Source: Myxococcales bacterium (GTDB lineage: Bacteria; Desulfobacterota; Binatia; HRBIN30). From it: 64,000 nt of DNA. The translations under genes and the position numbers were made by a program. The stretch spans positions 96,001-160,000 of the forward strand of contig JBBILD010000003.1 of assembly GCA_037445065.1 (NCBI GenBank). Reading direction: 5' to 3'. The notes beneath the pieces are model-generated. The model made no database searches and was not told the origin of the DNA. It saw only the letters and a list, made by a program, of their open reading frames with translations. Below, piece after piece: positions 61,285 through 64,000 of the stretch. Position 1 is the first letter of the stretch. Every line of letters starts with the position of its first letter.

Positions 61285-62271
61285 ATGAGAGGAAGTTTCG
61301 CCTTGGTTCTTGGGTTGTTGGTAACGGCAGTTTCGCACTCCGTCCATGGGGAAGCAGTGCGCATTGGCGAATCCGATGGTGCGTTGTATGATGGAATCTT
61401 TGACGGGTACCCTGGCATAGCGTTGTTCGACGGAACCCCTGATCTGACGAACAACCCCCCCTCCGTGGCGCTCAAATTTGGGGTGCTGGAAATGCGAACG
61501 GTAGCGGAGTTCCCGTTACCTGCAGTAGCCGGAAAACGCCTCAGCGGCGCCGACCGAGTCGTACTTCACTTCAACATCGACGATGTAATTCCCACGTTCG
61601 GGCCGGGCGCGGAATTCTCTGGACGAGCGGCAAGCACAATTCTTGTGCACCCGTATTGCGGCGACGGAGCCACTGCTCTCGATGACTCCCTACAGGTCGG
61701 CGCTGCTGCGTTCGAAGTGGATACTACACCCTTCGGAGTCATCACAGACGAGACCCTCGCTCGATCCGGTCCGCTGTTTTTTGAACTCGACGTCACCGAG
61801 GCGGTGGTTGATCTCTTGGCCGAAGGCTGCGCGTGGCTCGGATTTGTTTTTCGGACCACGACGAACAACACGGCGACTTCGATTGATGACCTCGGGGACG
61901 GAGGCAGCTACGGCGGCACAAAAGGAGCTGGGGGAGCCAGTCTACCCTCTTTGGAGTGGTTTTTCTCGGCGGAAGCGCCGCCAACTCTAACCACTACAGT
62001 GGAGCCTGTCGCCAGCCCGACACTCAGCCCTACGCCGACAGCGCGCAGCGAGGGACCGAGCGAAACACCGACAACAACGCCGGCGTGCGCCGGTGACTGC
62101 AACGGCGACTCGGCAGTGACGATCGACGAGGTGTTAGTTCTTGTTCGGATTGCCCTCGGCCTTGGGAGCCCAGACTCGTGCGTTGCTGGGGACCTCGATC
62201 GGAGCGCCGATATCACCGTCGACGAGATCATCGTGGCCGTGACTGCAGCGCTTTTGGGTTGCCAACCGTGA
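61285..62271 (+). CDS. Secreted protein B: paralogous N-domain, Pro/Thr linker, C-terminal dockerin/EF-hand-like domain
   Basis: Signal MRGSFALVLGLLVTAVSHSVHG; SPTLSPTPT linker; CAGDCNGDSAVTIDEV...GDLDRSADITVDEII. Confidence 0.78.
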   Translation: MRGSFALVLGLLVTAVSHSVHGEAVRIGESDGALYDGIFDGYPGIALFDGTPDLTNNPPSVALKFGVLEMRTVAEFPLPAVAGKRLSGADRVVLHFNIDDVIPTFGPGAEFSGRAASTILVHPYCGDGATALDDSLQVGAAAFEVDTTPFGVITDETLARSGPLFFELDVTEAVVDLLAEGCAWLGFVFRTTTNNTATSIDDLGDGGSYGGTKGAGGASLPSLEWFFSAEAPPTLTTTVEPVASPTLSPTPTARSEGPSETPTTTPACAGDCNGDSAVTIDEVLVLVRIALGLGSPDSCVAGDLDRSADITVDEIIVAVTAALLGCQP

Positions 62272-64000
62272 CGGGGACGTTTCGTCGTGTTGGCTGGGAA
62301 TTCGCTCCGCGGGTGTTGCCGGTGTTGTTGCTGTGGTTTGTGCACAGCCGCGAGGCCATTGGTGACCCGCAGCTCCGGCGAGAGTCGTATGTGTTGGAGG
62401 AAATCGTCGTGCAAGACGAAGCGGCAGCAGTTGAGGTGTCCCGCTCCGTGCTTCCGGCGCAGGAAATCACCCGGGACACCCTGGAGACGACGTCGGTAGT
62501 GGATCCGGAAGACGCGCTCGAGTTCGTGCCAGACTTGTACATTCGCCGAAACGAACCCTTTCGCCTAGGCGCGAGTACGGTTCGCTTGCAGGGTGCCGAC
62601 CCGAACAAGACGGCCGTCCTCATCAATGGCAAGCGGATGCTTGGTGGGGTGGATGGCGTGGTAGACTTGAGAGACATCCCCGCCGTACTGCTCGACCGGG
62701 TTGAGCTGCACCGTGGTGTAGCGGGAGGGTTTGTGGATAGCGAGGCCATGGCGGGCAGCATCAACATCGTGACCCGCACCCCCAAGGAGCAGCCTGAGTG
62801 GACAGCCACCGCGGCAGGGGGCTCGTTCGACCGCATATTCGCCGGCGCTTCGCACTCGTACCGATGGCGCGGGCTCGCATACCTGGTGGCTTACGAACAC
62901 GATGAACTCGCGCTCGCTCGGCAGTTCGGAGCGATCAGCCGCCAGTTCGAAGGTTCCGGATCGGATGCCAAACAGACGCGAGACAACGTCTTCTTGCATG
63001 CGGCTTTCGATGCGACTGACCGACACCAAATTTCGAGCACGATCCATTTTCTGCCAGTGCGGGAAGGACCGCTCAGTCGCCGCCTCAATGTGACTACGGA
63101 TGTGGGCTGGAGAGGGCGCTTCCCCGGACCCACGGAGGTGCACTTGTCGGCTGGCCGCTTTGGGTTTGATCGGAGGAACGATCTGGCTGGATTCGAAGAA
63201 GACGTTGCCTTCGAGCAGTGGTTCGGGGAGGCCCGCGCGGCGCTGGCGCCGTGGATCGTTTTGGATTCGCATCACAGCATCGAGGCGGCCTACCGCTTCC
63301 GGCTCCCCAGTTTGCGACTCGCTGCCGGGGGACTTCGCGAGGCGGCGACTTCGCTCGCTTCGCCTCCCGGAGTGGCGGAGAGTACCAGCCTTCAGAGTTG
63401 TGCACTGCGTTATGATTGGTCGGACTTGGGGCAGTGGTCGGCGAGTGCAGGAACCAACTTCGATTTGCATTCCTTGTTCGGACTCGAGGTCAATCCAAGG
63501 GCCGTGGTCACCTTTCGCCCGACCGATCGGTTCCGGCTCAGTGTGGGAGTTGGGCGGGGATTTCGCGCTCCGGATTTACTGCAGTTATTCGACGCGGATT
63601 TGAACAACGCAGTGCCTGTAGGGAATCGTCCTATCGGTTACGCGATTCTCGGCGACCGCACCCTGCGGCCAGAAATCGATTTAGCAACCAATGTGGACTT
63701 GACTTGGTGGCCGGCCTCTTGGTTACGGGTACAATCGAACCTATTCCGCCACGATTTTCGCGACTTAATCGATGTCGTTTTGCGGTGTACAGGTCCCCAA
63801 CAGTGCGCCGCCGGCTTCACGCATCCGTTCCCCACGCTGGTCGGACAAGTGTTCCAGTACGCCAACGTGTCCGAGGCAGAGAGCGCTGGTGCTGACCTCT
63901 CTTTGGAAATCTCTTGGAGCGCCTTTGGACGAAACGGTCGGCCGCCGCTGACGGGCAGTTTCGGCCTCAATTACGGGTACCTGTATTCACGGAATGACTC
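62268..64000 (+). CDS. TonB-dependent outer-membrane receptor, truncated at window end
   Basis: Not in ORF track. GTG 62268 overlaps the previous stop; LEEIVV TonB box, VRLQGADPNKTAVLINGKR, DRVELHRG..SEAMAGSINIVTR plug, GRGFRAP. Confidence 0.92.
   Translation, partial: MTGTFRRVGWEFAPRVLPVLLLWFVHSREAIGDPQLRRESYVLEEIVVQDEAAAVEVSRSVLPAQEITRDTLETTSVVDPEDALEFVPDLYIRRNEPFRLGASTVRLQGADPNKTAVLINGKRMLGGVDGVVDLRDIPAVLLDRVELHRGVAGGFVDSEAMAGSINIVTRTPKEQPEWTATAAGGSFDRIFAGASHSYRWRGLAYLVAYEHDELALARQFGAISRQFEGSGSDAKQTRDNVFLHAAFDATDRHQISSTIHFLPVREGPLSRRLNVTTDVGWRGRFPGPTEVHLSAGRFGFDRRNDLAGFEEDVAFEQWFGEARAALAPWIVLDSHHSIEAAYRFRLPSLRLAAGGLREAATSLASPPGVAESTSLQSCALRYDWSDLGQWSASAGTNFDLHSLFGLEVNPRAVVTFRPTDRFRLSVGVGRGFRAPDLLQLFDADLNNAVPVGNRPIGYAILGDRTLRPEIDLATNVDLTWWPASWLRVQSNLFRHDFRDLIDVVLRCTGPQQCAAGFTHPFPTLVGQVFQYANVSEAESAGADLSLEISWSAFGRNGRPPLTGSFGLNYGYLYSRND

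Overview
GC-rich, gene-dense bacterial chromosomal window from a diderm organism (it encodes a TonB-dependent receptor and a type IV pilin). The Cys-rich secreted proteins and the C-terminal CxGDCNGD dockerin-like domain suggest Candidatus Binatia or a Myxococcota/Desulfobacterota relative; this is inference only. I saw no CRISPR array, transposase, integrase or prophage. From left to right: (1) 1-10.5 kb, a TetR-associated acyl-CoA catabolic cluster (MaoC-like dehydratase, crotonase, amidohydrolase, two PaaK-like ligases, an LvaA/LvaB-like pair) with a shared candidate operator. (2) 10.9-25.5 kb, a glycosylation region: galactokinase plus nucleotidyltransferase, a secreted lysyl-oxidase-like protein, O-methyltransferase, RmlD/RmlC-like enzymes, polyprenol-P-sugar synthase, GT4, two tandem paralogous GT-C-like membrane proteins with helical/HEAT tails, and a SAM methyltransferase. 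(3) 26-54 kb, mostly housekeeping and metabolic genes (tkt, an archaeal-type folP, Rrf2-ferredoxin, TetR-diiron-FAD operon, ClC, CoA transferase, pgsA, SLT, pirin, GH57, acs, cysS, gap, gpmA, pgm, glk, CoADR-rhodanese) and two tRNA-Arg genes. (4) 55.6-64 kb, a cell-surface region: an aromatic-rich Geobacter-like pilin behind a sigma54-like promoter, a structured intergenic element, a Cys-rich adhesin-like protein, and a Fur-box-preceded unit (Com-like zinc finger, two paralogous secreted proteins, TonB-dependent receptor). The best candidates for undescribed systems are the Fur/Com/secreted-pair/TBDR unit and the tandem GT-C-HEAT glycosylation locus. All product calls come from motif recognition by eye; no database searches were run.
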